Source: Amoebophrya sp. A120 | Lineage: Eukaryota > Protista > Dinoflagellata | Reading direction: 5' to 3' | Length of the DNA stretch: 64,000 bases | Assembly (NCBI GenBank): GCA_905178155.1 | Contig: CAJINV010000002.1 | Coordinates: 8,327,224 to 8,391,223, forward strand | Part shown: positions 1-12,722 of the stretch, piece by piece | How positions within the stretch are numbered: position 1 is the stretch's first letter | How the letters are laid out: each line of letters begins with the position of its first letter | Position numbers and translations under genes: made by a program | Notes under the pieces: generated by a model | Seen by the model: only the letters and a program-made list of their open reading frames with translations | Database searches by the model: none | Told to the model about the DNA's origin: nothing

Positions 1-14
1 CAGCATCGGCTGCC

Positions 15-3000
15 ATGCAGCTGACAGCAACGAGGACGCCATCCAAAGCATTTCTGCTGACTTTTCTCGTGTCAGCGCTGGCGGGTCCGGCATGGGAATG
101 GCAGGGGTGTCACGCAGCCGGAACCGCATCGGCTCCCCAAGAACGCGAAGACAGCTTCAGCGACGAAGATGAGGGCTTCGTGTTCGTTCCAGAGGCCGTC
201 TCTGAAGCGACGACCGTGAGTAAGACTACAGACGTTCTGGGACCCACCGGCGCCGGGGACAGTGGAAGGTAATTTCAAGTTCGTAAGTGAGAAGTACTCA
301 CGCAAATTTCAACTGTTTTTTATGTGTAGTTGACAGTATCAAGACCTCTGGCTCCGGCTTCCTAGTCAGCGTAAAAGAGGCAAGTCGTAATGGAATTCGG
401 ATGACAATAATTTCTTTTGTTGTCGTTGTTCTGATGAACTTACCGTTGAAGTAGAAATTTGTCCTTACCCACTGAATTTCAGTTCCATCACCCCATTGAA
501 TTGCTCCTCTCCGGGAGGTGCATCGATCGGCACGACATGTGCGCCGTCTACGCCTGCTTCCGGGACAGCATACAACAACCTGGATAATATCAAGCATCAG
601 ACCACTCCTGTTGCGGACGACGACCAGGATGAGGATCCGCTCAAGGACGTCTTTTACATCTACGAGGAACCTGTCACGACACCTACCTCGTCGCGCGATC
701 AATTACATGCAAGTAGGACCGCGAGCAGCGACACGACCCCGATGGATGTTGATACGAATGAAGCAGCTGGTGAAAGTGGAACGATGGAACAACCGACTCA
801 TCAATCAGTTGCTACAAGTAGCGCCCAAGATGAACAAACTCCTCCTGTCAACAAGTACTACACCCGTGCCCATCGCCTTGGTGGAGAAAGTGACGACCAG
901 TTCTTTGCGAGCGAGATGAAGACTACAGGCGGCAGTTTATGGGACTCTCAATTGTTACATTCTTAACTGTTACATGAATTTGTGATGCAAGAGGGGCAAA
1001 AGCGAAAGGAAGGACCTTGCGCATATTGCATGACAGACTTGGCACAGATTCTCGGCCTGTTTGGCCTTCTGGGAATTTGTCACGCGAAGCAGCTTGATGG
1101 TGTCGGTAGTCAAGGCACTTTTGCATGAGAAATCATGTATTAACAGTTGAGAATGTAACGCTTGAGAATGCCATACAGTTCCGATCAGGACGAGGAGGAG
1201 TGGCAGCTGTTGATGTGCGAGTCCGAGGTTGCCGAAACGCTTGCAATATCAACTGTAAAAATGTCTGGGTCTGGAAGAATTCATGTTTGTCATGCTTGTC
1301 TGCCATGACTCTGAAATCTGTCATGCGCGTTACCCAAGAGCTCCGTTTTTCTGTGATGCAGAAGCGCATTTTGTCATGCAGAATAGGCAACGCCTAGGAG
1401 CTCAGAAACTTGTCATGCTGAGCCAGCATTTGCAGCCTCATCATGAGACGCCACCCAGCATCACAAGTTTCCAGACCCAGACATTTTTACTTTTGATATG
1501 CAACCGAAGCGGAGCAGGAAGCGAGGCAGACGGCAGCCGACTTGTGGAAGGACTTCACGCGGGCGGTTCTGCGGCAGACGTACCGGAAAGTTTTGGAGAA
1601 AACCATCCAAGACGCGCAGGCCCGGCACTTCCAAGAACACGGAAAGACGGAACCGCCGACCGCTCTGGACGTGGCGGTCGCGAAAAAAATTGTAAAAAGC
1701 GCGCTCCTGAAAGGAGCGGCCCTTGCGTCGAGGTCTTCGGGTGGAGAGGACCACGGTCGTGCCCAAAGCGCTCCTGATGAAGATGCGGAAGATTATTTCT
1801 CCCTGCTCTCTTCGGGTGCTGGCACGAAACTTAACAAGCCGCTCCGCTACTTCGACAAAGTTATGGCCGCGAGGAGTCGTAGTTCGTCTTCCTCGGCGGA
1901 GGAGGACCACGATGAACACGGCGGAGATTTTCTTCTCAAGCAGAAATGGAGTCTGGCGCCGTTGGGTCTGAACCTGAGCGAAGATCCAGTATTGGAGAGA
2001 AGACTCAGTCCACAGCTGCTGCAAATGCTGGAAGCCAAGACGAAGCGGATCTTCGCCCGCCTAGCCGTTTTGAAACTCATGCGGGAACAGGCCATTGCCG
2101 GCTCATCAATCTACTCCGGGCCATGTCGGCAACGCTTCCAAATTGCAGCAGCAGCAGCTCGTGTGGCCGCGGCTGGTGACAACTCGGAGACAATGACGAA
2201 CCTCGAGCAATATCGCAGGTATGAAGTGCTGCCGCTAAATTTTTCTTTGTGGTGTGCGGAAAAATCGCTCGCACTGCAAATCAGAATCCAAGTTTCAACA
2301 TATGCATCACTGAGTCTGTGGTCCTTGCCGCGTAGTATTCACAACAGATATTATAAATCGTATCATAATCGTCCAAATCCTCCCCTACAGGCCACATAGC
2401 GCCCCTGTGCGTCAAGCTTCAGCCGGTCCCAACAGCATCAAGTTACATCGAAGGACCAGTAGTATGTATTTTCCAACCAGCGAAGCCGTGAGCAAGTTCC
2501 AACCGCAATATCGGAGAAAGGCGATGTTCCGGAGCCGGGCGAGTATGCCGAATGAAGAAGGACCAGACCACAGTGACGCTTTGCTAGAGGGTTTGCTGTT
2601 TCTCGGCATGGACGTAGCCGAAGACGCGAACATTTTTAAGACCGCCCTCGCTTGTCGCACGAATTCACGATTGGCCTTGCTGCCGTTTTTCCGCGGTAGT
2701 ACCACGGGCGAGCCGAAGCACGCGATAATGCAGCAGCATGGTTCATGGGGTTCCCCGCAGAGCATCTTGTTTCCCCCAACTGTCACCAGCTCCGCTTCCG
2801 CGCTGCTGCATCGGGGTGGGCGGCCCCATCGCAAGTCGTACGAACGAGGTGCAAGGTCTTCGTCATATATGCGGCCAGCAACAGCATTCCACACGCGATC
2901 AAGTGATTTGTTCCGCCGAAGCGCGGCGGGAGGACCCATCGGCCGTTTTGCGATTGATGAGCGACTTCTAAAGGAGGACTACGATGATGACAGGAGCACC

Positions 3001-6000
3001 TGGCCGATTCTTTTCTCGTACCGCGGTGATAGAGCAATTGACCCTTCTACGGCTGCAGCTCTTGACGATCTACCAGGACCATCTTTGCTCTTCCCACCTC
3101 GGGGAAAAATAGACCACTATGGCACGACCACTTCTACAGCTGTGCTCAGTGCGGAGTACGGGCCGCAAATCGAGGCCGCGAGGGTGTTTTTCCGGCAGCA
3201 GGTTCGCCGCCGCGTGACCAGCAGTCTTTCGCTGCTGCAGAGGGAGTTGGCGCTTTTTGAGAGCAGTTTCGGCCAGGCGCTGATTGACGATCTGGAAAAA
3301 GCCTATTTCGCACAGAATGAGAAGCTCAAGATCGAGATTGACCGCTTGCAAGAGCGGAAGGAGGCCGCTATGCGGAAAGAGGTCAGTCTGGCGAAGCAGT
3401 TGAAACTGAACTTGCTGATTCAGATGCGGTATGCATTGCAAAAGCATCTGACATATTACCTCGTCTTGCAACAAATTGGAATTTGATCGTGGAGTAATGC
3501 ATGGAGCATCAGTTTCAGTACTATCAACTGCAGATCTCTTTCTCGTTTCATCTAAGCCGGATCAGCACACTTTTCTGACAAAATGAAAATGTGACGCAAA
3601 TCAAGTTTCTATACGTAATAAGTGTGATACAACTTTTGCAATGCATATGCGGAACCAGATTAATGACCAGATGTGGATGGAACGGGCTGCTGAAGAGGCA
3701 GCAAGCACAGGAGACATAGACGACCAAGAACTGCAAGAGTTCGCATTCGGAACCGCCTGGGACGAGGACGAGCAAGGAGAAGCAAAATGGGACGACTGGG
3801 CGATGAGCGGCTTTTACCCGGATGAAGATGTAGTCAGTGATAAGGCTAAGAACGACAGCCGCGCATTGGTGGATGAAGGAAAACAAGATCTTCAGTTCGA
3901 AAGGACCAGCACTCCTTTTTTTCACAGCATCCTAGACGACGACAGCCTGGACTTCATGGAGATTCTCACTCCTGCAGCGAGAACCGGAAGCACCAGCAGT
4001 GGCAGTGGGAGCCGTTACAACAGCCGGAGGAACGATAGCATTAACAAGGTAGTAGTTCCGCGTAAGAGCGGTCCGCGCAGCAATGAGAATGACGCAGAGC
4101 AGGACGACTTTGAGGATATGCTGCGAGAACTGAAACAAGTTTCCGTCCGGGACGGAAAAACCGAAACTGAACGAACACCAGCGTCGTTCTCTGCGCCGTA
4201 TTACCACGCGCCACGACGACAAGGAAATCTACTTCACAAAAGCGAGCTTGTTGTACTGCAGGAGGGCAAGAACCTCCCTGGTAAAATGGACAATATGCGA
4301 AAGAAGAAAACCAGTCCCAGCGACGAATCTTGGGACGATGAAGACTTGTTGTCGAAGGTTTCTTCGACGTCGTCGTCTTCAAGCGAGGAAGCGACGGACA
4401 ACTACTCGGACATTGGCGAGAACTACACGAATAAAAACAAGAAGAACTCCGCCGGAAAAAGGAAAGATCTGCTAGCCCTTTACGACGCAGACGATGCGGA
4501 AGAAATGTTGTGGGAGGACGATCTGGTGGAGGCGAGGCAGCGGAAAAAAACCGTCGCACAGCAGGTTCTTGGGGCCGACAGCGAAATAGTTGTGCCATCA
4601 CTCAGCTCTCCTTCCGCTTCCGCTCCTTCTGGAAGCAGCACAGCTTCCAGGGCTACTCCCACCGTCGAAGACCAGGAGGTACTGGAAAGGTCGGGTTTGC
4701 TGGCAAACCTGTTCCAGCTCCCGTTCAAAGACATTCTGCAGGTGGAGAGCGAGAAACAGCGAAAGGCGGGAAACTTCTACACTTTCAATGCTGCCGGGGT
4801 GACGTCGGGACGAGATGTCGTGGGCCCTTCTCGTCCGGCCGTCGGTGGTCAAGGAGATGGTCCTTATGAAGATTCGAAGCTGGCGCAAGAAGAAGTGCGC
4901 CAGCAAGTAGTAAAGCCTGGTGCAGCCGCACATGCCGAGTTTGAACCGGCCGACTCGACAGAGGAGCGAACGTGGAATCTGTTGTCGCAAATGGCACCCA
5001 ACACCGCTCTGGACATGTTTGCGATGGAACTGCACGAAGCTGCGGCGTCAATCTCAGCGTCAGAAGGAGAGCACGGAGCGAGGTCCTATCCGCCAAGGGA
5101 CTTCTGCAGTGAAGATGAACAGAGGAGCTACTATGGGAACAACGACGAAAAACAAAATGCAGAACAAGAACAGACATCCTCGTCGCCTTCGTCGCCCGAA
5201 GGTCCTCTATCGAGGTCGTCCGCAAGCGGAAAGAGTGGCAGCGAGAGCAAAGGACACCAGCGTGGCGACTGGAAACGCACACCATTGAAAAGTTCCGCTA
5301 CGCCCTTCAGTCCAGTATCATCTTCGTCCTCCGCGCCTTCCAGTCAGGCACCGGCTGGCGCTGCGAAATTAGATGCCGCACAGGACCGGTACTGTTTAAT
5401 ATTACACAACTTTTAGATTCAGATGTATATGTTGTAGTAGATCTAGTAGATGACGATGACCCTTAGTTCGAAGACAGACGGCGTGTACCAAAATTCTGAC
5501 CATTGACGACTCGCCGCTGGCCTTAAGAATCGAGCACCCGACTGAGTTTTGCTTTTGAATATTTTATGAATAACAAACAGGTTGTCTGGTGTTGCACAGC
5601 AGGCCGCGGCATCAGCCAGCGCAAGAAGCAACAAAGGTACTTCCAACAACTACAAGCCCCCGCCGCGTGACAACTACTGGTGGGACAGCTACAAGACCAA
5701 CTATTACAGAAACCTGCATTTCCTGAAGAAGCGTAACCAGGTTTTTTCAGCGTTTCCCTCTGCCGTGCTCTACCCGCCGCATGCGATGGACCCGACGTAT
5801 GGTTCTTTCACCCCAGCCAGTTTCTACCAAGAACACCAGCAACTGCACAGCGCACACAACTACAACTCGCCGGGCAGCACCTTGTACAGTCCAAGCGATT
5901 TCGTGTTGAACGTTGACCGAACGAGGAAGAAACGGTCCTGGAAAAACGGTGCGAATAAACACCAGACCTCCTCTGCAGCAGATGAAACATCAGGGGCCAG

Positions 6001-7926
6001 CACACGGGGTGGTTCCACCTACACCGCGACGCCAACTTCTAGGTCTTCGAAAGGAGCTAGCTCATCATCTTATGCGCCGCAGGCGTACTGCCCGCCACCA
6101 CCGTGTCCCTGTCCAAACCCGGTTCCACACGTGGAGGCGCCCGACTGCGAGGCGGCGTGTGAAGTTCCCGATTGTGACGCGCCCACGCCAAGTCCTGGAA
6201 GTCCGGAACAAGAGAGTGAAGAAGTCCGCCGGGCGGGGAGAAGTTACGGCGCGACAAACAATGCAGAGTGGTTCCACCCACAATGGGATGAAATAGATGC
6301 TGGCGGTTCTGCGGGCTACAACATGCACAGCAACATGTTTTACTATTTTCCGCCGGGTGCGATCGCCGACGCGGAGCAGGCACGACGGCACTTGCAGGCG
6401 GCCCAGCAGGCCGAGGAGCACGCGAAAAGCGCCAAGTTTGGGTACTACATCCCAAATCAGATGCAGAAGGCGAAAAAGGTCGTGGGCGACAGCGGTGCTG
6501 GTGGGGGCAGCTCTCCGAGCCTCGTTTTGACTTCGTCCAGCATCAAAAACTCCGGCGACACGAAGGCCCCCCCGCCGGGTGTGTTTCATCACCCGACAGC
6601 GGAGGTGGGTGGGCCACGTACGATTAGTACCGCAGCAATGGACGACAAAGACGCGTCAGCAGGACCGCAGCCCCGGAAACGGGAGGAGGAGATCGCTTCC
6701 ATGGCCATGGAGGATATCTACGATCATAGTTCCAAAAATGCTGGTGATGTGGAAGTCAAGGATTTTAACTGGGACAAATTTTCCGACGGGGACGTCGAGC
6801 GGGAAGGAGAAGTACAGCGAACAAAAGGAAATAGCAGTAATCCGGCACAGCTGGATTCTCTTTCTCCACCTATCAAAGCGGCTGCAGCAAGCGTTGGGCG
6901 GGGGTCGCAGCATCAAAGCACTGCGGGTCAGGCCGACGAAAACTACAAGTCCTCGGGTCGTGATATGAAGCACGCACCGAAAGAGGCAGTGATCCATCTT
7001 CGTGGGCCCCCGTCGCGGTTGCAGAAGCTGTTGAAGTATCAACCGCGAACATAGTATCGCACTCGTTGTACTAATTACAACTGTACGTGAGAAAATTCTT
7101 AATTTACCTGAATCAGGACTACAAATAGCACGTTTCCTCGTGCTGCTGGAATTCTTTGTAATGCAATATGTTAATCTTTCTACTACTAACTCCTAGTCCT
7201 AGTGCACGTGCGTGTGCGATACTTTGTTTCGAAATGCATATGAAGCAGAAGGAGGAGTATTACAAGCAAATTAAGCTACTGAAAGAGCAGGACCAAAAGG
7301 CCGGGAAGGACCTACAGCAGCAAGAAGAAGATCATCACGACGCCGTGAAGGCAACTGGCAAAGCAGCCGCAGCTGCTGGTGACGATGCAAATGCGAGCCG
7401 TCCCTTGGAAGTGAAGTCGGACCAAGCTGAGGTTCACACGACACTGGCAACGCCTCCGAGGACCAAGTGGCGGCCGAAGAACGTGCCGCGACCAGCCGAA
7501 CAACATGTAGTTGACCGGACGAGTTCTTCTATCCTGAGTACTAAAAGTGCAGTTCCGATCGCGGGCTCATTTTCGGCCTACTCCAGTACTCCTGCGACCC
7601 GTGGTGCAGCCGCCTTTCCGAAACAGCGCGTCTGGGTGCCCGCTGGAACAGCAGCAGCAGCAGCGGCTGACGCAGCTGAACGCATCGAGATGAGACAACA
7701 AGCAGGTGGAGGCGCTTGGTCCTCGCAGCAACAGGCCACTTCGTCGAGCGGAAGCAATAAAATGACCGGCAAAAAGATGAGCACGAGCAGCGGTTCTAGC
7801 ACGACGTACAACAACTTCGCGTCAAGCAGGAGCCTCGAAAACCGGGCCTGGGAAGCAGTGGCCCCGGGAACACGTCCCAATTCGTCGAAGCGCAGAGCCG
7901 CGCGGCTGGCGTCGAGGTATAAATAA
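15..7926 (+). CDS. Large low-complexity hypothetical protein (~2145 aa, 8 exons); start and end uncertain
   Basis: Exons 15-268, 483-955, 1163-1246, 1504-2218, 2391-3429, 3653-5388, 5581-7036, 7246-7926 join in frame (6438 nt). GT-AG introns 269-482, 2219-2390, 5389-5580 plus four TIR elements. No recognisable domain. Confidence 0.6.
956..1157. mobile_element. Introner-type TIR element
   Basis: TACATTCTTAACTGTT...AACAGTTGAGAATGTA; flanks ATTGT/ACGCT (diverged); element+5 nt = 207 nt, in frame (DSQLLRMPYSS). Confidence 0.75.
1247..1498. mobile_element. Introner, family D
   Basis: 30-nt TIR TATCAACTGTAAAAATGTCTGGGTCTGGAA (2 mismatches); perfect 5-bp repeat TGCAA; removal gives ETLATEAEQE. Confidence 0.92.
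3430..3647. mobile_element. Introner, family A (TAT-N4-TGCAAAAG)
   Basis: Perfect 15-nt TIR TATGCATTGCAAAAG; repeat TGCGG; removal gives LIQMRNQINDQ. Confidence 0.92.
7037..7240. mobile_element. Introner, family A-like
   Basis: TAT...ATA ends, inner inverted repeat AGTATCGCAC/GTGCGATACT; repeat TGAAG; removal gives QKLLKQKEEY. Confidence 0.88.
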
Positions 7927-9315
7927 TGTACGCACAGCACCAGCAGCACAACATCGGATCGCGACGAAGAGCCAATAAATCAAGAAGGAATGAATCCACA
8001 TAAATTTTTCATGCGCTTAACCACTCAGCATCGAACACGTTTGATATCCAAAAATCCCGGCTTCGATGAAATTACTAAACAGCGCAAGCTCCTCCACCAG
8101 TGACGAAACGGTGTCATACCCGTGGACGATTACGCGAACCCCGGATGGCCGCACCATTTGGGAGGAAGACGAATCGCAATCGCGACCGCAGCAAAAATCT
8201 TCGGCCTCTCGCACGTGGAAAAGCGCGGCCGTGATGAATTATGCACCGGGAACGGTGAGCTACTACAAAAAGAGAAACTAACGGAAGTTGTGAACATTGT
8301 TTGACAACATGATATTCTTCGAAATAATATCTCTGTTTCGTTTGAAGACCTATCATGTCTTTCTTGTATTGCGGATACAGCTCGTTTTTGAAAATTTCCT
8401 TCTGCGAAAGTCATTTAGTTGTATCCCCGAAAAAATGCATGGGACTTCGCGAGATTTTTTGTCACCTTTTTTCAGATCTGTTTTCGATGAAATAAAATGA
8501 TGCACCTTTAATTTTGATCATAACGTACCTCCTGTAACCACCAAGTTGTGGAGGCGTCAAGGTGGCACCCTTCGACTATGCTCCGACTGCAATTCGCTCC
8601 AGCGACTTGTCCTCCATGCGGACCTTGAGCTACTGGATTTGTTTCACGTGCTTGTGAATGGCTACGGCAACGTGCTCTTCTACGCTACGTGCTACCGGAG
8701 ATGTAACTTCCGCAGACCACGTTTCACACGTGAACCTCTGCATGCTTAAGCACTTTGTGTGTCCGTTTTTGCCTGCAAATTCTGAGAATACAGCCATATT
8801 TAGTAGGGTGTAAATGATTTTAGGCGCATTTACAACAGCAGTAGTTAACTACATCTGGTTATGGTTTCGCTCTTTAGCTGCTTCTCCCAATGAAGATTTT
8901 ACTGAATGACTGCGAACAAAGAAATATGCTTTCGGTTTCGTGCGGAAGCAAATGGGGCGAGGGCGTTTATTTTTGATGCTTCAAGATGAAATACGGATGC
9001 TGTTTTTACAAGCTTGATGTGGCGAGGATTTTCATCAATTTTGGAGTTGTGCTACTCCCAAGCTTTTGACTGGTTGACTCCAGCAAGCGCAACATTGGAC
9101 TCGGAGTGTGTGTTGCTCTTCATTTCGATTCGTTTGACGCCTTCGTGTTCCCTGGAGCCTCCAGCAGTTTTTTTTTTGTACAGTTTTTTGTACATGTTTT
9201 TGCTGCCCATGCTCGCTTTGCCTTTATTATAAGTATTCGAGAGGCAGTTTCATCTAAGTAGTAGTAAAAGCCAAAATTTGGAAACGATATAAAAATCAAG
9301 AGCAAGAAGAACAAG

Positions 9316-12300
9316 ATGTCCGACATTGTTCGTGCCCATGCAGCAGGTCGTGCTCATCTGCCACGGTCTCAGGAAGTAGAGACGTGTGATATAATGCCAG
9401 GTTCAACGGCGCCGCCCCCGTCGGGCGCAACCACAATCTGCAGACGAAGCACGAAAAGAACCTCTACTTTCCGTTGGACGATTCTATCGTTCCCAGCAAC
9501 GCTGCTCTACCAGCAGCTTTTCAGTCCGCTAACGAGCGGAATCGGTATCAACAACGAGCCACCGCCGAAGAAGCCCAAGAAAACGTACAGTGTGTGGCGG
9601 GATTTCGACGACAAGACGACAATCATTGTCCCTGAGGTTCACATCCTGAGCGAGCACAGCGTGGCCAAACACGAGCGGGATGATGAAAATGGGGACAAGG
9701 AAGAAAAAGAAGCGTACATATCCAGTGCTAAAACATCGTACTCGTACGACCCATTGCAGTTTTTGAATGACAGACACAGATCTGCATTCTATTTCCACCT
9801 GTACCTCGTTTTGCATGACAGATTTTATGTTTTTCCCTCTCACGGTTTTTTTCATGCAAAGCAATGTACAATTACGAGTATGATAGTACTTTTGCGAAAA
9901 TGCATAGTATAACAAAGACAACAATGTGCGCGAGGAGGACGAGGAGAGAACAAGCGAAGAAGAGAAGGAAGACGAGGACAAGAATTCTGACGAAAACCTA
10001 CATGATGGGAAACGTCATTCAGACGCTCATGAGGGCCACGACGCGGGCTTTACAGCGGTGGATTTCTTCACGGACATTGTGGATCGGCACGCGAAAGATA
10101 CCATAGAGCCGAAGGTGTACCGTGTACGGAGGTGAACGAAGTAGATCTTTCTCCCCTCGTGGTCGTCCCTCTCATTTTTCGGCCGTGTCGTTTGCATGCC
10201 AAGCCTCTTCACCTTGCTCAGGGTCGTTTGGCCGTGTTTGCATTTTTGCAAGCTCGGGACGAACAAAAAAGTAGACCCCATCTACGCTAGAACAGGCCAA
10301 GCATGGACTTGTCATGCAAGCGAAAGCGTTGCATTTTGTTTTTCGGTCTGTCAGCTCATTTGTGTTGCTAAGCAACATGCCCCTCGAGGAGGGGTCCGCC
10401 GTTTCCCACTGTTATACCGTGGCGTCTTCCTGCACAACCCGGAAGAGTGGACTGATGAAAACATCCGCAAGGTCGCCGGGAAGGAGAGGTTTGACCAGGT
10501 CGAGACGGAGAAGAAGGAAACGCGCAACGCACTCCCGATGGAGAGGATGAAAATCTCCAAGTTTCTGGACCTCTACTATGACAGTGGACAGTCCGCTCAC
10601 ATTGCTTCCAAAATGTTGTCATGCAGAATGCAATCATGTTTATGTTAAATAAAATTCCCGAAAATGAACTGTTCACCGTTATACCTGCGACGCCAGCCAC
10701 ACGAACTACACCGAGCGACTGGCGGCGTACGCCGAGAAGGCGGACAGCACCCGGAACAAAAAGGAGCGGCGGAAGGAAAAAGCGGCCTTGAAGAAGCAGA
10801 ACCTGTACGCGGTCGCCGGACTGGCCAACCACCCGAAGACGTTGCAGAAACTGCTGAAATTTCCCAAATTCCTCGAGTGCAACGTGTTCCTGCGGAAAAC
10901 CTTGCGTGAGGCCATTCTATGGTGGAGCAGCGGGGGCACCGAGTCGGTCATACACAACGACGGCGACGACAACTTGAATTGCGCAATCGACGGGAGTAAG
11001 GAATTCATGATTTGGGAACCCGCGTTCGAGTATCCGTCGGTAACGAATCGCCGAAATTGTTTGGTTTTTTTTACCAAAAGCAAATAACAGCACCATGGTA
11101 TTTGCAAAAAATTGATTAAGATGTACTTAAGTGTAAAAAACAACAACCTCCTCCACGATTCGTGTTTTTCCCCAGCATACCGAAACCAAGTTCATGGACT
11201 CTCCGGACGGGCATCCGTTTTACACCAATCACGACTATGGCTGGCTCGACGTGGAGCAGATGTGCCACCGGTACGACGACCCGAAGCATCATGAGTACGA
11301 GAACACGAAGGGAAAACACGACCCCGCCCGCTTCATCAGCCACGAGGAGTGCGAAACCAAGTTCAAAAAGGCCTACGGCTCCTTCGCGGGCCGCATTTCC
11401 GCCTCCAACATGACCAAGAAGCAGTACACAGCCTGGAAAAACATCCCGCTGAAGCGGTACCGGACCAGAATCGAGCCGGGGGACTGTCTGTTCATCCCGA
11501 AACGGTGGCTGCACGTGGTGAAAACCATCGGCGAAGCCCAGCGCACGATTAACGTCAACATCTGGTTTGCCCGGCTGCTGGCGGACACCAAGAAGCTGGA
11601 CCAGGAGAACGTGGAGACCCGCGCCCTCGTCGAGCGGGCCTGCGAAATCCCGCAGAAGATTGAGGAACGCATGGAAAAAAACGCGGCCAAACTAGCGAAG
11701 CGGTTGCAGAAGAGTAGGAAGGAACAAGCGAAATCCAACGGTGGTCGCGCAGGTGAAGATGATGCCACGGTGTCGAAAAAAGGTCGTACTAAAGACGAGC
11801 ACAGCGAAGAGGAAGAGGACGAGGATGCGACCGAGCAGGAAGATATAGAACCGTTCCTGCGGTTCTCCGACGTGAAATGGCCGTCGGAGGCGGAGTATGG
11901 ATTGCAAAAGTATCGTACTAGTATAAATCGCAATGCAAATTTTTCCAGAAGGAAAAATGGAATTTGCAGTGCTGATTTCGCTAAGAAACAAGATTTGTCA
12001 TGCATGATTGCAATTAGTACGAGTACGATACTTTTGCACAGGATACGGAGGGCGCTCTGCCGACCCAGGTGATGCTGTCGACGCGCCAGCCCGTGCGCCC
12101 AATCTTGCGCGAGGGCCAGGAGTATGTCAGCAAAAAGCAGTACAAGAAGAAGCGCGGCCACGAGGAGGACACCTCGGAAGATATCCTGTGCAAAAGTATC
12201 GTACTTCTAGTACGGATAAATCGCATGACAAATTTCCGTAGCATGAAAAATAGAATTTGTAATCGGAGACTTACCTAGCTATGAAAAAGATGTAATGCGT

Positions 12301-12722
12301 GACTGCGATTAGTACGACTACGACTATGAGTGCGGTACTTATGCAATGCATAGAGAAGTCGGCCGAACAAGGGGACGATGCGGAGCTCGACTTTGAAGTG
12401 CATGTCCTGCGTATCAGACTGCACAAATCCCAGTCGTCCCCCTCATTTGTCATGCAAAACATCAAGCCCATTTGATTTTCCACTTGGAGCCCGTGGGCAC
12501 TGGTGTCCGCATAATAAGTTTCGGAGCGCCGGCGCCACAAACAAGTATCATTTACAATTCCAATTCGTGCGCAGATTTGTCATGGGGAAGCTGCTGCATT
12601 TGTGGCGTTGCAGCTTCTGTTGCTGGTCATGCATCTCGCCAAATCAGGCTCAGGGGGCGCCGGAGTTGTGCCGTTTCATACTGGGGACGGGACACCCTGG
12701 CATGCAGCGGGAGGAGCTGTGA
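9316..12722 (+). CDS. JmjC/Cupin_8-type Fe(II)/2-oxoglutarate dioxygenase (~681 aa), C-terminal REEL
   Basis: Exons 9316-9718, 9912-10124, 10422-10576, 10689-11030, 11185-11895, 12051-12181, 12358-12411, 12686-12722. Motifs LWWSSGGTESVIHNDGDDNLNCAIDGSKEF and IEPGDCLFIPKRWLHVV (HxD...H intact). Confidence 0.85.
9719..9906. mobile_element. Introner, family A-like
   Basis: TATCCAGTGCTAAAACATCGTACTCGTA...TACGAGTATGAT...TGCATA; flanks GTACA/GTATA; removal gives EAYNKDNNVRE. Confidence 0.85.
10125..10416. mobile_element. Introner with decayed TIR
   Basis: TA...TA ends; perfect repeat CCGTG; 297 nt removed gives EPKVYRGVFLHN. Confidence 0.8.
10577..10683. mobile_element. Introner, family B
   Basis: TATGACAGTGGACAGT...ACTGTTCACCGTTATA; flanks TCTAC/CCTGC; removal gives FLDLYDASHTN. 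Confidence 0.8.
11031..11179. mobile_element. Introner with decayed TIR
   Basis: TAT...ATA ends, inner ACGAATCG/CGATTCGT; flanks TCGAG/CCGAA; removal gives WEPAFETKFMDS. Confidence 0.8.
11896..12045. mobile_element. Introner, family A
   Basis: TAT-GGAT-TGCAAAAGTATCGTACT...AGTACGATACTTTTGCA-CAGG-ATA; repeat CGGAG; removal gives PSEAEGALPTQ. Confidence 0.92.
12182..12352. mobile_element. Introner, family A
   Basis: TATCCTGTGCAAAAGTATCG...CGGTACTTATGCAATGCATA; flanks GAAGA/GAGAA; frame restored. Confidence 0.85.
12412..12680. mobile_element. Introner, family C (TATGA-N3-GCACAACTCC)
   Basis: TATCAGACTGCACAAATCC...GGAGTTGTGCCGTTTCATA; flanks CTGCG/CTGGG; removal gives HVLRTGHPGMQREEL*. Confidence 0.85.

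Noticed and set aside
270-453. Possible TA...TA element with a weak inverted repeat and GAAGG/GAAAT flanks
   Set aside because: Removing it plus 5 nt leads to a stop, whereas a GT-AG intron at 269-482 restores the frame.
8066-8749. Short ORFs that might extend the first gene
   Set aside because: I could not find a consistent canonical or introner junction.
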